Source: Chitinophagaceae bacterium
GTDB lineage: Bacteria > Bacteroidota > Bacteroidia > Chitinophagales > Chitinophagaceae
Length of the DNA: 63,560 bases
Assembly: GCA_046598205.1 (NCBI GenBank)
Contig: JBKJIX010000022.1
Coordinates: 1-63,560, forward strand
Direction: 5' to 3'
Shown: in pieces, positions 1-10,606 of the stretch
Layout of the letters: every line of letters begins with the position of its first letter
How positions within the stretch are numbered: position 1 is the stretch's first letter
Made by a program: the position numbers and the translations under genes
The notes under the pieces: generated by a model
What the model was told of the DNA's origin: nothing
What the model saw: only the letters and a program-made list of their open reading frames with translations
Database searches by the model: none

Positions 1-141
1 TAGTGTTATGTTAACCTTAAAGAGGCGGATGAATAAACTTATTCAATAAAAAATATTAATCAGTGTTTCTGTGCTTCAGTGGCAAAAATAACCCGCCAAA
101 ACATACTTAACTTAACACTAGATAATATAAATCAATAATAA

Positions 142-684
142 ATGCTTACGGTTAAACATCCCTGGCATGGTGCCCACTTTGGTGAGAAATCTCCGGCAAC
201 TGTAAATGCATTGATTGAAATTCCACAAGGATCAAGATCAAAATATGAAGTGGATAAAGATACCGGGCTGCTTCGCTTAGATAGAGTAATTTATTCATCA
301 TTTCAGTACCCGGTTAACTATGGCTTTATTCCCCAAACACTGGGACAGGATGGTGACCCGTTAGATATTTTAGTACTCTGCTCTCAATCTATTCAATCGC
401 TTTGCCTGGTAGAAGCCAATGTAATTGGCAATATGCAAATGATAGATAACGGCCAAGTGGATGATAAAATAATTGCGGTAGCTGCTAAAGACCCTTCCGT
501 TAATCATATATGCCGGATGGAAGACCTTCCCCATCATTTTTTGCTGGAGCTAAAAAATTTCTTTGAACAATATAAAGTGCTGGAGAATAAAAAAGTGGCT
601 ATTGATAATTTCCAGGACCAGTTAATTGCGTATAGAATTATTAATGAAGCAGTTGAACTGTACAAACAGACCTTCGAGCAATAA
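142..684 (+). CDS. ppa: Inorganic pyrophosphatase (family I)
   Basis: KYEVDK...YPVNYGFIPQTLGQDGDPLD signature. Confidence 0.95.
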   Translation: MLTVKHPWHGAHFGEKSPATVNALIEIPQGSRSKYEVDKDTGLLRLDRVIYSSFQYPVNYGFIPQTLGQDGDPLDILVLCSQSIQSLCLVEANVIGNMQMIDNGQVDDKIIAVAAKDPSVNHICRMEDLPHHFLLELKNFFEQYKVLENKKVAIDNFQDQLIAYRIINEAVELYKQTFEQ

Positions 685-687
685 TTG

Positions 688-1128
688 ATGGAAACCAATC
701 AAAAACATACTATGGCAACTCAATTAATAATAACAGCACTGCTGATAGGCCTTGCTGCCGGTATGCTGAGTGGATTAGTAGGCGTTGGCGGCGGTATCAT
801 CATGGTGCCGGCCCTTATTTTTTTTATGAACTATACGCAACACCAGGCACAGGGCACTTCTTTGGCAGTGCTTACGTTGCCGGTTGTCATTCTCGCATCA
901 TTATATTACTATCATCAATGTCAAAAAGCCGGAACACCAATTGATTTAAAAATCGTTGGCCTACTTAGTGCCGGATTTATAGTTGGAGCTTTCTTTGGCA
1001 GCAAACTGGCCATAGCAATAGACCAGGCCATGCTGAAAAAGATTTTTGCTGTTATTCTTTTTTATACAGCTTTCAAGATGTTGAGTTGGGATATAATGAT
1101 TGTAAAATGGGTGAAGAGCATCTTATGA
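688..1128 (+). CDS. Short TauE/SafE (sulfite exporter-like) membrane protein
   Basis: GLAAGMLSGLVGVGGGIIMVP...AQGTSL motif, hydrophobic; start 688 or 712. Confidence 0.85.
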   Translation: METNQKHTMATQLIITALLIGLAAGMLSGLVGVGGGIIMVPALIFFMNYTQHQAQGTSLAVLTLPVVILASLYYYHQCQKAGTPIDLKIVGLLSAGFIVGAFFGSKLAIAIDQAMLKKIFAVILFYTAFKMLSWDIMIVKWVKSIL

Positions 1129-1748
1129 AAATAAAACTATTCATACTTCTTTCTCTATTATGGCAAACAATCTGTTCGCAACCCTTTTACAAGGCTACTG
1201 AACAGTATTTCCGCCACGATCCTTTTAAAACCGAATTCAGCAAGTTCTTAAATAAACTCATCAACGATCCCTTGCTTTCTCAAAAAGAGGTTATTAAAAC
1301 GACAGACTCTACCCTTTTTTTCCTCCAGGGCATTTATGCCACACATTCGCCTTTTTTCTTTCCCACAATAAACTGTAAAGTGGTGTTGGCTGAACGATTA
1401 GAGTATCCTGACAGTTTATCACCCACACCTGTCAGGTATTTTATTTATCAGTTGGTTGGCTATGCCCCACCGGGGGAAGACGGTTTTAAAGATGTAAAAA
1501 AAGAGTTTGACAAATTAAACAGCCGCCTTAAAAAAGGATTGGAGTTAGCTGCACAAAAAGACTTGAAACATGCAAGTGGAAAATCTGGTATGATAATTAA
1601 CTATACTTATGGCGGGATGATTTTTTCGCCGCTTACTGTTGCCTGGACCAGTTCTGCAGATAAAAAAGAAAACATAGTGGTACTTACTGTCCGTTTTCTT
1701 ATGAAGAACAACCAGGCATATCTACCAATACCGTTTGATAGCCCTTAA
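1125..1748 (+). CDS. Hypothetical exported protein
   Basis: ATG at 1125 overlaps upstream TGA (ATGA); signal-peptide-like N-terminus MKIKLFILLSLLW. Confidence 0.7.
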   Translation: MKIKLFILLSLLWQTICSQPFYKATEQYFRHDPFKTEFSKFLNKLINDPLLSQKEVIKTTDSTLFFLQGIYATHSPFFFPTINCKVVLAERLEYPDSLSPTPVRYFIYQLVGYAPPGEDGFKDVKKEFDKLNSRLKKGLELAAQKDLKHASGKSGMIINYTYGGMIFSPLTVAWTSSADKKENIVVLTVRFLMKNNQAYLPIPFDSP

Positions 1749-2489
1749 ACATATATTTGGTGAGCCTGTTTTTTTATTGGTAATCCCTTTTTTATCAATC
1801 CCATCTATCCTCACTTTACCTGATGAATGAATAACAATCCCATCGCCAAGCAAAATGCCGACATGAACAATATCCTCTTTATTATCAAAAAAGGCCAGAT
1901 CTCCGGGTTGTAAATCAGCAAATTTTTTCACCGTCTTTCCTTCCTGTGCCTGCTGCCATGCATCACGGGGCAGGTCAATTCCCATTAACTTGAATATTAC
2001 CTGTACAAAACCACTGCAATCAACTCCCAATGGAGTACGGCCTCCCCACAAATAAGGTGCATTTAACCATTTTTCACTTAGCTGTTTTACCAATTCGGCA
2101 GAGGGCCGCTGTTCATCCCGTTTAAAATAATGACCGGAAAAGCTGTAATCAACATTACCTAATCTCCCTTTCCCATTCTCAAAAAAGGGCAATGATGAGC
2201 CAACGGGTATATTCATTTGCTCGTCGGCAATCGAAATTATACTCAGCATGTCTGTTGTGGCAAAAGGATTGGTCGATTTAGCCACCTTTTCATCAACTTG
2301 TTGCAACATTGTGTTTGTCATCCAGCCTTCATAACCGTCATGGAGGCTCCTGATCTTAACCCATAAACTTCCTTCTGTCTTCAGCACTTTTACTGACTCT
2401 CCAAATAATAATTGGCTTACCATTTCTTTCCGGTGATTCGGTTTGCGCCGAATGGGTGCCGCCGGTACTGCTATAACCGCATATTCCAT
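1722..2489 (-). CDS. NlpC/P60 (C40) cell-wall peptidase with N-terminal SH3-like domain
   Basis: PYLWGG...DCSGF...HVGI catalytic motifs; SQLLFGE SH3b-like start. Confidence 0.92.
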   Translation of the reverse strand: MEYAVIAVPAAPIRRKPNHRKEMVSQLLFGESVKVLKTEGSLWVKIRSLHDGYEGWMTNTMLQQVDEKVAKSTNPFATTDMLSIISIADEQMNIPVGSSLPFFENGKGRLGNVDYSFSGHYFKRDEQRPSAELVKQLSEKWLNAPYLWGGRTPLGVDCSGFVQVIFKLMGIDLPRDAWQQAQEGKTVKKFADLQPGDLAFFDNKEDIVHVGILLGDGIVIHSSGKVRIDGIDKKGITNKKTGSPNICLRAIKRYW

Positions 2490-2666
2490 TTTGATAAAGT
2501 TTTAGCCCCTCCAAACCTCCCCTGCGGGAAGGCTTCAAAGTTTGAATTTCGAAAATATCCTTTTTCCTTTGAAATATTTACGATTGAATTGCAAGTTATA
2601 GCAACAGGTTTTATTGAATTATTTAAACCCTGCATCTTACTGGCAACAAATAGCTATTTTTCAACA

Positions 2667-3260
2667 GTGAAAGCTGACAAATACCAGCATATAACCGACA
2701 AGGAACTGCTCGAACAGTTTTATGCCGACCATAATAATGAATGGTTGGGCATTTTACTGCAACGATACACCCTGCTACTGCTTGGTGTAAGCATGAAGTA
2801 TTTAAAAAATGAAGAAGAAGCGAAAGACAGTGTGCAACAGATCTTTTTGAAAGTGATACAGGAACTACAGAAATACAAAGTAGAGTATTTCAAATCATGG
2901 CTGTATATGGTAGCCAAAAACCACTGCTTGATGAAGCTGAGGGAGAGGCAGGGAAAAATTACAGCCGAGATAAGTGATAAGCTAACTACTAAGCCTGAAG
3001 ACGAAACCGACCTGCAGGCATTAGTGGCCAATGACCACACTCTTGAACTTATGGAACTGGCATTGAAAGAGCTAAACCCGGAGCAGCAGCAATGTGTAAC
3101 TTTGTTTTATCTTCAAAAGAAAAGCTACCAGGAAGTGAGTGACGAAACCGGCTTCAGTATGCTTCAGGTAAAAAGCTATATCCAGAACGGCAAACGAAAC
3201 TTAAAAATATTAATCGAGAAAAAATTAAGTGAATCTGCCTTCCGGCAGACAGGGAAATGA
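2667..3260 (+). CDS. ECF RNA polymerase sigma-70 factor
   Basis: Region 2 (AKDSVQQIFLKV...FKSWLYMVAKNHC) and region 4 (SYQEVS...VKSYIQNGKRNL); likely GTG start at 2667 rather than 2412. Confidence 0.9.
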   Translation: MKADKYQHITDKELLEQFYADHNNEWLGILLQRYTLLLLGVSMKYLKNEEEAKDSVQQIFLKVIQELQKYKVEYFKSWLYMVAKNHCLMKLRERQGKITAEISDKLTTKPEDETDLQALVANDHTLELMELALKELNPEQQQCVTLFYLQKKSYQEVSDETGFSMLQVKSYIQNGKRNLKILIEKKLSESAFRQTGK

Positions 3261-3273
3261 ACAAGAAATAAAA

Positions 3274-3639
3274 ATGTCAGAAAATTATAAAGACATATTA
3301 TCCAATTTGTCCACAGACGTTGACCAGGAAACACTGTTGCTTTACCTGCAAGGCAAACTATCTGAAGAAAAGAAACATGAAGTGGAAAAGCAGCTTTTAC
3401 AAAATGAGTTTGACGAAGATGCCGTTGATGGTTTGCAGGAAATTAAAGACAAAGAGCAACTGCAATACATGGTGGAGATGCTAAACCGTGACCTGAAAAA
3501 GAAAACAGAAAAGAAAAAAAAGCAGCGGGAAAAGATGAAAATAAAAGACCAGCCCTGGTTATATATTTCCATACTGATATTAATACTGCTGGTAGTACTT
3601 TGCTATATTGTAATCCGGCGAATGATCAATAACGATTAG
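3274..3639 (+). CDS. Putative membrane anti-sigma factor
   Basis: Directly after ECF sigma; LLYLQGKLSEEKKHEVE motif and C-terminal TM helix. Confidence 0.7.
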   Translation: MSENYKDILSNLSTDVDQETLLLYLQGKLSEEKKHEVEKQLLQNEFDEDAVDGLQEIKDKEQLQYMVEMLNRDLKKKTEKKKKQREKMKIKDQPWLYISILILILLVVLCYIVIRRMINND

Positions 3640-4121
3640 TATTTTTTCTTGCCATCCCATTTTTTCCAGGCATCAAATACTTCTTTCGCCTTTGGATGCG
3701 GATGATGAACAAATGGAATTTTTCGGTCACTCATTTTTGCGTTGATCTCGTTATAAATAAACTCATCATCAAATTCTACCTCCGCCGCCTCTTCCCTGGT
3801 GTTTGCATATACTACACGTTTTGGCCTGGCCCAATAAATAGCACCGAGACACATCGGGCAGGGTTCACAACTCGTGTAGATTTCGCAATCAGTTAATTGA
3901 TAAGTACCTAATTTTTCGCAAGCATGGCGAATAGCCACCACCTCGGCATGTGCAGTCGGGTCGTTAGAGGAAGTGACTATATTATTGCCTTCACCCACAA
4001 TTTCATCTCCCTGTACGACAACACAGCCAAAAGGACCGCCGTGGCCACTTTCCATTCCCTGTTTTGACAATTCTATTGCCATTTCCAGGAATTTTCTGTC
4101 TCGTTCTTTCAGTGTATTCAT
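3636..4121 (-). CDS. Nucleoside/guanine deaminase (CDA fold)
   Basis: HAE and CEPCPMC zinc motifs, GGPFG. Confidence 0.9.
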   Translation of the reverse strand: MNTLKERDRKFLEMAIELSKQGMESGHGGPFGCVVVQGDEIVGEGNNIVTSSNDPTAHAEVVAIRHACEKLGTYQLTDCEIYTSCEPCPMCLGAIYWARPKRVVYANTREEAAEVEFDDEFIYNEINAKMSDRKIPFVHHPHPKAKEVFDAWKKWDGKKKY

Positions 4122-4295
4122 TGTTAATACTTAAACATTTTAAAGCTAAAATGTGCATTACTGCCAGATTTTACACAGTTTATGCACCCAAAGTATTCCA
4201 ATATGAAGTTAATATTAATTTTAGGTTAAGTAGTCGTTACTAATTAAAACGATTGTATTTTCTCTGTCCAAATTGCACTACTTAAAACTAAAACT

Positions 4296-4802
4296 ATGAG
4301 ATGGGAATCAGTTGCCTCCACTTCTAACAACGAAACTTACCACCTGTACAAAGATGATAAGAAACTACTTACGCTGATCTTAAATCCTTTTTCCAACACA
4401 GCAAGAGTGGAATGTGATAAACAGAAAAGAGTTTTTCTTATCCGCAAAGAAGGCTTTCTCCGTAATAAAGTTGTTCTTCGAAATGAGTATGGTGTAAAGA
4501 TTGGCGAATTAGGTCAGGAGAATAAAGAAAATTTTATTGATGTTAATAATCAACGTTTTTTCTACACTACACATAATAATCCATTGGCAGAATTAGTGTT
4601 GTATAAAGAATCTAAAGAAAATCCTTTTGTAACCTGCGGTCTTAGTACCAAAGAAGGAAATGCAGAGGTACATTTTACAAAAGACAAACAGCTATCCGAT
4701 ACCTCGCATCCGGGCTTATTAATGGCCTTGTGCTGGTATATGTTCCTGCCGGTAACGAAGGAGAATGTAGCTGACCCGGTAGCTATCGGGTTTGCTTCCT
4801 GA
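4296..4802 (+). CDS. Hypothetical protein
   Basis: 168-aa ORF with A-rich leader; C-terminal PVAIG comes from a palindromic repeat. Confidence 0.7.
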   Translation: MRWESVASTSNNETYHLYKDDKKLLTLILNPFSNTARVECDKQKRVFLIRKEGFLRNKVVLRNEYGVKIGELGQENKENFIDVNNQRFFYTTHNNPLAELVLYKESKENPFVTCGLSTKEGNAEVHFTKDKQLSDTSHPGLLMALCWYMFLPVTKENVADPVAIGFAS

Positions 4803-4812
4803 TTTATTTACT

Positions 4813-6189
4813 TTACAAGTTCTGCCAGGTTTGTTTGGCAAATTGTTCCAGCGATGGATCTCTTGCTGCCATTAATAATAGTACGCAGTTATCAGTAAGA
4901 TGGGGACGGATTTTTGTTAAGAAATCGTTTCTATTTTCTACAAAAAATGCCTGCTTGCCTAATCTTTTTAAATCATTGATGAGGTCATTGGCTGAAATAT
5001 CTTTTACCGCAGTGCCACCGGCATAAAAAATTTCACTCATCCAGATTTCATCTTCCGGCCGCAACGCCTTTGCAATTTCTTTTACAAAATCTTCCTGTAA
5101 AAATTTCGTAGGTTTATATCCATGAGGCTGAAACCAGGCAATAACTTTTGGCGAAACAGGCTGACAAGCTTCAATAGCAGCAGCACATTTGACAGGGTTA
5201 TGTGCATAATCATCAATCAACCATACGCCATTCTTTTTGCCATATACCTGGTGACGGCGATAGATGCCCTCATAACCCCATAATGCTTCTGCACAGGTTT
5301 CAAGGCTTACACCTATTCCATTTGCAATAGTAACAGCAGCTAAAGCATTTTCCATATTATGCCTGCCAGCAGTATTAATGGAAAATGGAATACCGTGAAT
5401 TAAAAATTGAATATTAAATCCAGACTGTTTAAAATCCGTAGCCATGTATCCTGCATAGATATCGGGATCGGTAGAAAAATCCTGTTGCACTTCTTGTGAA
5501 AGTTGTTGCGCCAGCGGATGCGATTGATTCACCACAAAACTCTTACTGTTATTCTTAAACACACCGAATACATTCATCAATTCATCTATTTCCTGGTGGT
5601 CTTTATCTATATTCAGCAATAACCCGATTTCTGGTTTATACTGTACAATGGAACCGTCGCTTTCATCAGCTTCTATTACTAACCACTCGCCTGCTCCAAC
5701 TTTTGCATTCCCGATTTTTCCTTGTTTAATAATACTTATCAATCCTGCCCCACTGATGATGCTTGGCTGAAAACCGGCATGCTCTAAAATATCAAACAGC
5801 ATTGCACTGGTGGTACTCTTGCCACTGGTGCCACCCACTGCAATTGTTTTCTTACTGGATGCAATCAAAGACAGCAATTCTGATCGTCGCATTATCGGAA
5901 TATTCAATTGCTTTGCCTTCTGCACTTCTGCCACCGTATCTTCTATTGCTGTTGATACTACAATGAGGTCAGTTGATTCAGTAATGCCTTCACCGTTTTG
6001 CACAAAACAGCGAATACCCTCTGCTTCTAATTTCTCCTGCACTTCATTATATACACCGGGGGCAAAAAAACGGTCGCTGCCGGAAACAGTTTTGCCAATG
6101 CCTTTCAGGTATTGGGCAATAGCACTCATACCAACACCGGCTACACCGATAAAAAAAGGATTGCGAAAATCTTTTAAAGAGGAAATCAT
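4813..6189 (-). CDS. MurC/Mpl-like Mur ligase (paralog outside the dcw cluster)
   Basis: GVAGVGMSAIA, GTSGKSTT P-loop, EADESD, DDYAHNP. Confidence 0.88.
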   Translation of the reverse strand: MISSLKDFRNPFFIGVAGVGMSAIAQYLKGIGKTVSGSDRFFAPGVYNEVQEKLEAEGIRCFVQNGEGITESTDLIVVSTAIEDTVAEVQKAKQLNIPIMRRSELLSLIASSKKTIAVGGTSGKSTTSAMLFDILEHAGFQPSIISGAGLISIIKQGKIGNAKVGAGEWLVIEADESDGSIVQYKPEIGLLLNIDKDHQEIDELMNVFGVFKNNSKSFVVNQSHPLAQQLSQEVQQDFSTDPDIYAGYMATDFKQSGFNIQFLIHGIPFSINTAGRHNMENALAAVTIANGIGVSLETCAEALWGYEGIYRRHQVYGKKNGVWLIDDYAHNPVKCAAAIEACQPVSPKVIAWFQPHGYKPTKFLQEDFVKEIAKALRPEDEIWMSEIFYAGGTAVKDISANDLINDLKRLGKQAFFVENRNDFLTKIRPHLTDNCVLLLMAARDPSLEQFAKQTWQNL

Positions 6190-6391
6190 GCTGCAAATAA
6201 AAGAAATTATCGGAGAGAAGGATTTTTAGTTCCTCAGCCGTCAAAGCCGCATCCATACTATCTTTTTTTACCTGTAGTATGAATAAAAAAAATCGTAGTA
6301 TCTTAAACTTTAAATCTGCCGGTCAGTCAGAAGCCGGAACCACCAAAAGCCCCGACTATGTTTGCCCACCTCCCCGTTAGGGTACAAGGTG

Positions 6392-6904
6392 TTATTTTCC
6401 CTGCGAGGCTCGTAACATTTCCGGATAGCCCCATTTTTTAGAAAGAGCATTTACAGCCATCGTAATTCGCTTTACCGTGGTTGGTTCAGTTTTAGCATCA
6501 TCAATCCATTTGCTAAAGTATCGTTGATGAGAACCATTTAAACTTTGGAAAAAATCTTTAGCGGTCGGTTCATCATTCAGGCAATCCATAAAATCTTTAT
6601 TGAAAACAAACTCACTTTTATCTTCTGTGAACTGAACTTTTACCATTGCCCCATGTTTTTTACCAATAGCTTTTCGAAGAGCCGCATTCAGCACAAAAAT
6701 AAACAGCCCGCCACCCATTGGGAGTAATGACACTCTTTTGACAGGATGGGCATCCAGCCTGCCTTTTACTTTAAATTCTTTACGGTTGCCCGGTTTTAAT
6801 TCCTGCACCAGATCAGGTTGTACTTCAAAATAAGTCCATCCTGTTTTTTCGCCTTGTGAACCAAACCGTTTTATCGTTGCCGTAAATTCAACCATACCAG
6901 ACAA
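6392..6904 (-). CDS. DUF1905 / YdeI-OmpD-associated family protein
   Basis: GEKTGWTY...VKG..LLPMGGG N-domain; FFQSL..SHQRYFSKWIDDAKTEPT C-domain. Confidence 0.8.
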   Translation of the reverse strand: MSGMVEFTATIKRFGSQGEKTGWTYFEVQPDLVQELKPGNRKEFKVKGRLDAHPVKRVSLLPMGGGLFIFVLNAALRKAIGKKHGAMVKVQFTEDKSEFVFNKDFMDCLNDEPTAKDFFQSLNGSHQRYFSKWIDDAKTEPTTVKRITMAVNALSKKWGYPEMLRASQGK

Positions 6905-6977
6905 CCAAATGATTTAATTTTAATAATTAATTCTGACAAAGTAAATCTACAAACAGTTCAACTTTAAATCAATTGTT

Positions 6978-7463
6978 ATGAAAATAAAAAATAAATTTTC
7001 CACCGGTTTCGAAAAATTTGCCAGCAAAATAACCAAGGCTACAGGTAGCTCAACTGCTTTTATACTGGCATTTCTGGTAATTATTATTTGGGGTATTACC
7101 GGGCCTGTTTTCAATTTTTCCAATACCTGGCAATTGGTTATTAACACCGGCACTACTATCATTACTTTCCTGATGGTGTTTGTAATTCAGCAATCGCAAA
7201 ATAAAGACACCGTAGCCATTCAATTAAAACTGAATGAACTTATAGCTGCCAGTGCCACCGCCAGTAACCGGCTGATTGATGTAGAAGACCTTTCTGCAAA
7301 AGAATTAGAAACAATTAAAAAATTTTATGTGCAGTTATCTGAACTGTCAAAAAAAGAAATAGACATCCACAGCACCCATTCCATTGATGAAGCGGCTACC
7401 ATTCACAAGAAAAAGAAAAGCCAGGTAAAAAATCAGGGTTCTGAGCCACCTGCTAAAAGTTAA
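6978..7463 (+). CDS. Low-affinity iron permease family protein (Fet4-like repeat)
   Basis: TWQLVINTGTTIITFLMVFVIQQSQNKD..AIQLKLNELI. Confidence 0.9.
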   Translation: MKIKNKFSTGFEKFASKITKATGSSTAFILAFLVIIIWGITGPVFNFSNTWQLVINTGTTIITFLMVFVIQQSQNKDTVAIQLKLNELIAASATASNRLIDVEDLSAKELETIKKFYVQLSELSKKEIDIHSTHSIDEAATIHKKKKSQVKNQGSEPPAKS

Positions 7464-7554
7464 ATGATTTGAAAAGTATTCGTTAAAGCCAATGAAAACT
7501 TTCATGCCCCGCCTATTTGGTTATTTTTGCGACATCTCACTAACCAGTATAGCT

Positions 7555-9981
7555 ATGTACAAAAGACTGCTCCTTATCCTTCCAAAACTATTTGTTGTTA
7601 CCCTCTTGCTTATATTTTCAGCGCCTTGCTTTGGGCAAGAAACTCCTGTCAGCATCAAAATTACCAATCAAAAAAAAGAGCCGGTAGCTTTTGCAACTGT
7701 AACCGTAATCAACAGGCTTGACAGTACACAAATTATAAAGAAAGTAGCCGATAGCAGCGGTATTGCCAGGTTTAATCTCGCAAAAAACAATCAATACACG
7801 GTCAACATTACTTCTACCAATTATCAGGCTATTGAAAAAGGCATTTCAACATCCGGCAATCAAACTTCTTTCAGCTTTGTTGCTGAGCCATTGGGAAAAA
7901 CATTAGAAACAGCCATCATTACTTCCAAAAAACCATTGATGAAACAGGAAGATGATAAACTGATTGTTGATCCTGAAAACCTGGTAGAAGCCTCTACCAG
8001 CGGGTATGAGGTTATTGAAAAAACCCCCGGCTTATTCGTTGACCAGGATGGCAATATTTATATCAGCAGTATGACACCGGCCACGGTTCAAATAAATGGC
8101 AGGGATATGAAAATGAGTGCTGCTGATGTAGCTACCATGCTTAAAAGTTTACCACCGAATTCAATTTCGAAAATCGAGATACTAAAAACTCCTTCTGCTA
8201 AGTATGATGCATCCAGCAGTGGTGGTATTGTAAATGTGGTATTGAAAAAAGGTGTGAAAATTGGAACGACGGGAAGTGTAAACGGTGGCTTGCAACAAGG
8301 CACTTATGGAAACCAGTTTATCGGCTTTAGCCTTAATAACAACGATGGTAAAAAAAGCTCTTCGATCAACCTGAACTATGGAAAAAGAAACAATTATGAA
8401 AAAATAATAACAGACCGCCTTTTTGCACCCGACTCCATGCTAAGCCAGAATGCATTTACCAACTATCCTGCTAATACATTTTTTGCCGGTTACAGCCTCG
8501 TATTTCCTGTAAGCAAAAAATGGGATATTGATTTTGGAACAAGTGCAAGCCTGAATGATTTTGACAATAAAACAGATAACTGGAGTACAATTAAAAAAAT
8601 CAGCACCTCACAAACTGTAACCAATAACCTGAACCGGGTAAGCAATGATGGAAGTTCTTTAAACTTCAGAAGTGGAGTTAATGGCAAACTAAAAATTGAC
8701 TCTCTGGGCTCGGAATGGTCAAATGATATGTTTTACAACTTTACACATAATAAATCGGAGCAGGTTTTTGGAACTAACTTTTACGCCCCATTTTTGATAC
8801 TGACCGGCGGTGATGGCAAGATCGACAATAAACGAAATCTTTTTAACCTTCAGTCTGACCTGAAACTAAAAATGAAGAAAAAATTCACTTTTGAGTCGGG
8901 CATTAGGGCAATTTTTTTGAACTATCGTAGTGTTACTGATTACTTCAAAGAACAACCTATTGGAAACAGGCAAAAAGATCCTAACCGGACAAATACTTTC
9001 AACTATGATGAAAATATAAACTCTCTGTATTTACAAGGCTCAAAAACACTGGGAAAAGATTTTGTAATAAAAACAGGTGTACGATTGGAGAACACCAACA
9101 TGGAGGGACGACAAATAATTCCTGATGATACCACATTCAATATACACCGTACCGATTTATTTCCGTACATCTATCTAAGCAAAAGCCTGATGAAAATTGC
9201 CGGTTATGATTTAAGGGCCTACTTAGTTTATCGCCGCACTATTGTAAGACCAGGGTATGAACAATTGAACCCTTTTTCAAGATTTATTGACCAGTATCTT
9301 TCTGAAACAGGCAATCCTTCGCTGCGTCCGCAATTCAATCAGAATTACGAAGCTAATGTGAGTGTAGATGAACGTCCTATTCTTGCCGTTGGTGTAAATG
9401 ATACGAGAGATATTTTCACTAATGTAATTTATCAATCTGATACCAGCCAGAGTCAGGCATACAGAACGTATGATAATCTTGGGAAGAACAAGGAGTGGTA
9501 TTTCCGTGGTCTTGGGGCCATACCTCCAGGTGGCAGGTATTTCTTTGTACTGGGTGCACAATACAATCACAATTTCTACCAGGGATTGTATGAAAACAAA
9601 CCTTTGTCTTTCAAAAAAGGCACCTGGACATTATTTACTTACCAAACTTTCAAAGTTGATAAACGTTCAGTTATTACCTTAAATGGGTTTATGCGATTAA
9701 AGGGGCAGCAACAGTTCTACGAACTCACCACTTTTGGTGCATTAAACACCAGCATCAACAGGAAATTCTTAAAAGAAAAATTAGTAGTAACGTTTAGCCT
9801 CAGTGATATGTTTGCCACCAATAAAAATGATTTCACCATTAAACAAGGTTCTGTTGATGCAAGCGGTTTCCGGCAATCAGATACAAGACGGTTTGGCATC
9901 AATTTCCGTTATAGCTTTGGTATCCACAAAAAAGAAGAAGGTAATAATATGTTTAATGCAGAACCTCCAATAACTAATTAA
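7555..9981 (+). CDS. TonB-dependent-like outer membrane beta-barrel protein
   Basis: Signal peptide, plug-like IEILKTPSAKYDASSSGGIVNVVLKK, GNPSLRP; likely start 7555. Confidence 0.85.
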   Translation: MYKRLLLILPKLFVVTLLLIFSAPCFGQETPVSIKITNQKKEPVAFATVTVINRLDSTQIIKKVADSSGIARFNLAKNNQYTVNITSTNYQAIEKGISTSGNQTSFSFVAEPLGKTLETAIITSKKPLMKQEDDKLIVDPENLVEASTSGYEVIEKTPGLFVDQDGNIYISSMTPATVQINGRDMKMSAADVATMLKSLPPNSISKIEILKTPSAKYDASSSGGIVNVVLKKGVKIGTTGSVNGGLQQGTYGNQFIGFSLNNNDGKKSSSINLNYGKRNNYEKIITDRLFAPDSMLSQNAFTNYPANTFFAGYSLVFPVSKKWDIDFGTSASLNDFDNKTDNWSTIKKISTSQTVTNNLNRVSNDGSSLNFRSGVNGKLKIDSLGSEWSNDMFYNFTHNKSEQVFGTNFYAPFLILTGGDGKIDNKRNLFNLQSDLKLKMKKKFTFESGIRAIFLNYRSVTDYFKEQPIGNRQKDPNRTNTFNYDENINSLYLQGSKTLGKDFVIKTGVRLENTNMEGRQIIPDDTTFNIHRTDLFPYIYLSKSLMKIAGYDLRAYLVYRRTIVRPGYEQLNPFSRFIDQYLSETGNPSLRPQFNQNYEANVSVDERPILAVGVNDTRDIFTNVIYQSDTSQSQAYRTYDNLGKNKEWYFRGLGAIPPGGRYFFVLGAQYNHNFYQGLYENKPLSFKKGTWTLFTYQTFKVDKRSVITLNGFMRLKGQQQFYELTTFGALNTSINRKFLKEKLVVTFSLSDMFATNKNDFTIKQGSVDASGFRQSDTRRFGINFRYSFGIHKKEEGNNMFNAEPPITN

Positions 9982-10026
9982 TGTTCTTGTTAACAAAATA
10001 AAACTAACAAAGTGATATTTAATACA

Positions 10027-10034
10027 TATCTTTG
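10027..10034 (+). promoter_or_regulatory. Bacteroidota -7 promoter element (TATCTTTG)
   Basis: Matches TAnnTTTG upstream of the RRM gene. Confidence 0.55.
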
Positions 10035-10182
10035 TCCTGATATTTTGAGTTATACGACATTTTGTAAGTGAACGATTTTTTCTGCTACGCCCTAATCCTG
10101 AGTTTATCGAAGGATCTGCTAATAGTTAGTCTTCTTTACCCTTTCGTTTTTCTCAAGCATTTTTAAAAGTTAATTTTTTTAC

Positions 10183-10476
10183 ATGAACATTTATGTTTCA
10201 AATTTAAGCTTCGCCGTAGTGGATGAAGACTTGAAAAGTTATTTTGCTGAGTACGGAGAAGTGACTTCAGCTAAAGTTATTATGGACAAATACACAAACC
10301 GCAGCAAAGGCTTTGGTTTTGTGGAAATGAGTGATGATGCAGCTGCTCAAAAAGCAATTGCTGAACTGGATGGCGCTACTGTTGATGGACGTTCTATCAA
10401 AGTAAGTGTTGCCAAGCCAAAAGAGGAAAGACCTGAAAGAGGCGCAAGACCTGCTTACTCAAACAATCGTTGGTAA
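10183..10476 (+). CDS. RRM (RNP-1) RNA-binding protein
   Basis: IYVSNL (RNP2) and KGFGFVEM (RNP1). Confidence 0.95.
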   Translation: MNIYVSNLSFAVVDEDLKSYFAEYGEVTSAKVIMDKYTNRSKGFGFVEMSDDAAAQKAIAELDGATVDGRSIKVSVAKPKEERPERGARPAYSNNRW

Positions 10477-10496
10477 CATCAACTGATTTCTAGTTT

Positions 10497-10581
10497 AAAA
10501 GCCCCGCTCAATTAAATGAAACGGGGCTTTTAGATTTGTCAATCTTGCATAAAAAAATCCCGTCTCAATTTGAAACGGGAT
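10497..10581. terminator. Two adjacent intrinsic terminator hairpins between convergent genes
   Basis: AAAAGCCCCG...CGGGGCTTTT (10497-10531) and AAAAAAATCCCGT...ACGGGAT (10551-10581). Confidence 0.8.
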
Positions 10582-10606
10582 AAACTTCTTATTGGCTAAT
10601 TATCAT

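Noticed and set aside
2412-2666. N-terminal extension of the ECF sigma factor in the ORF track
   Set aside because: Overlaps the divergent C40 gene and a repeat; GTG at 2667 gives a normal-sized ECF.
6217-6390. Intergenic stretch sharing TTTGCCCACC with 61152-61161 upstream of the recombinase
   Set aside because: Match too short to support a shared element without a search.
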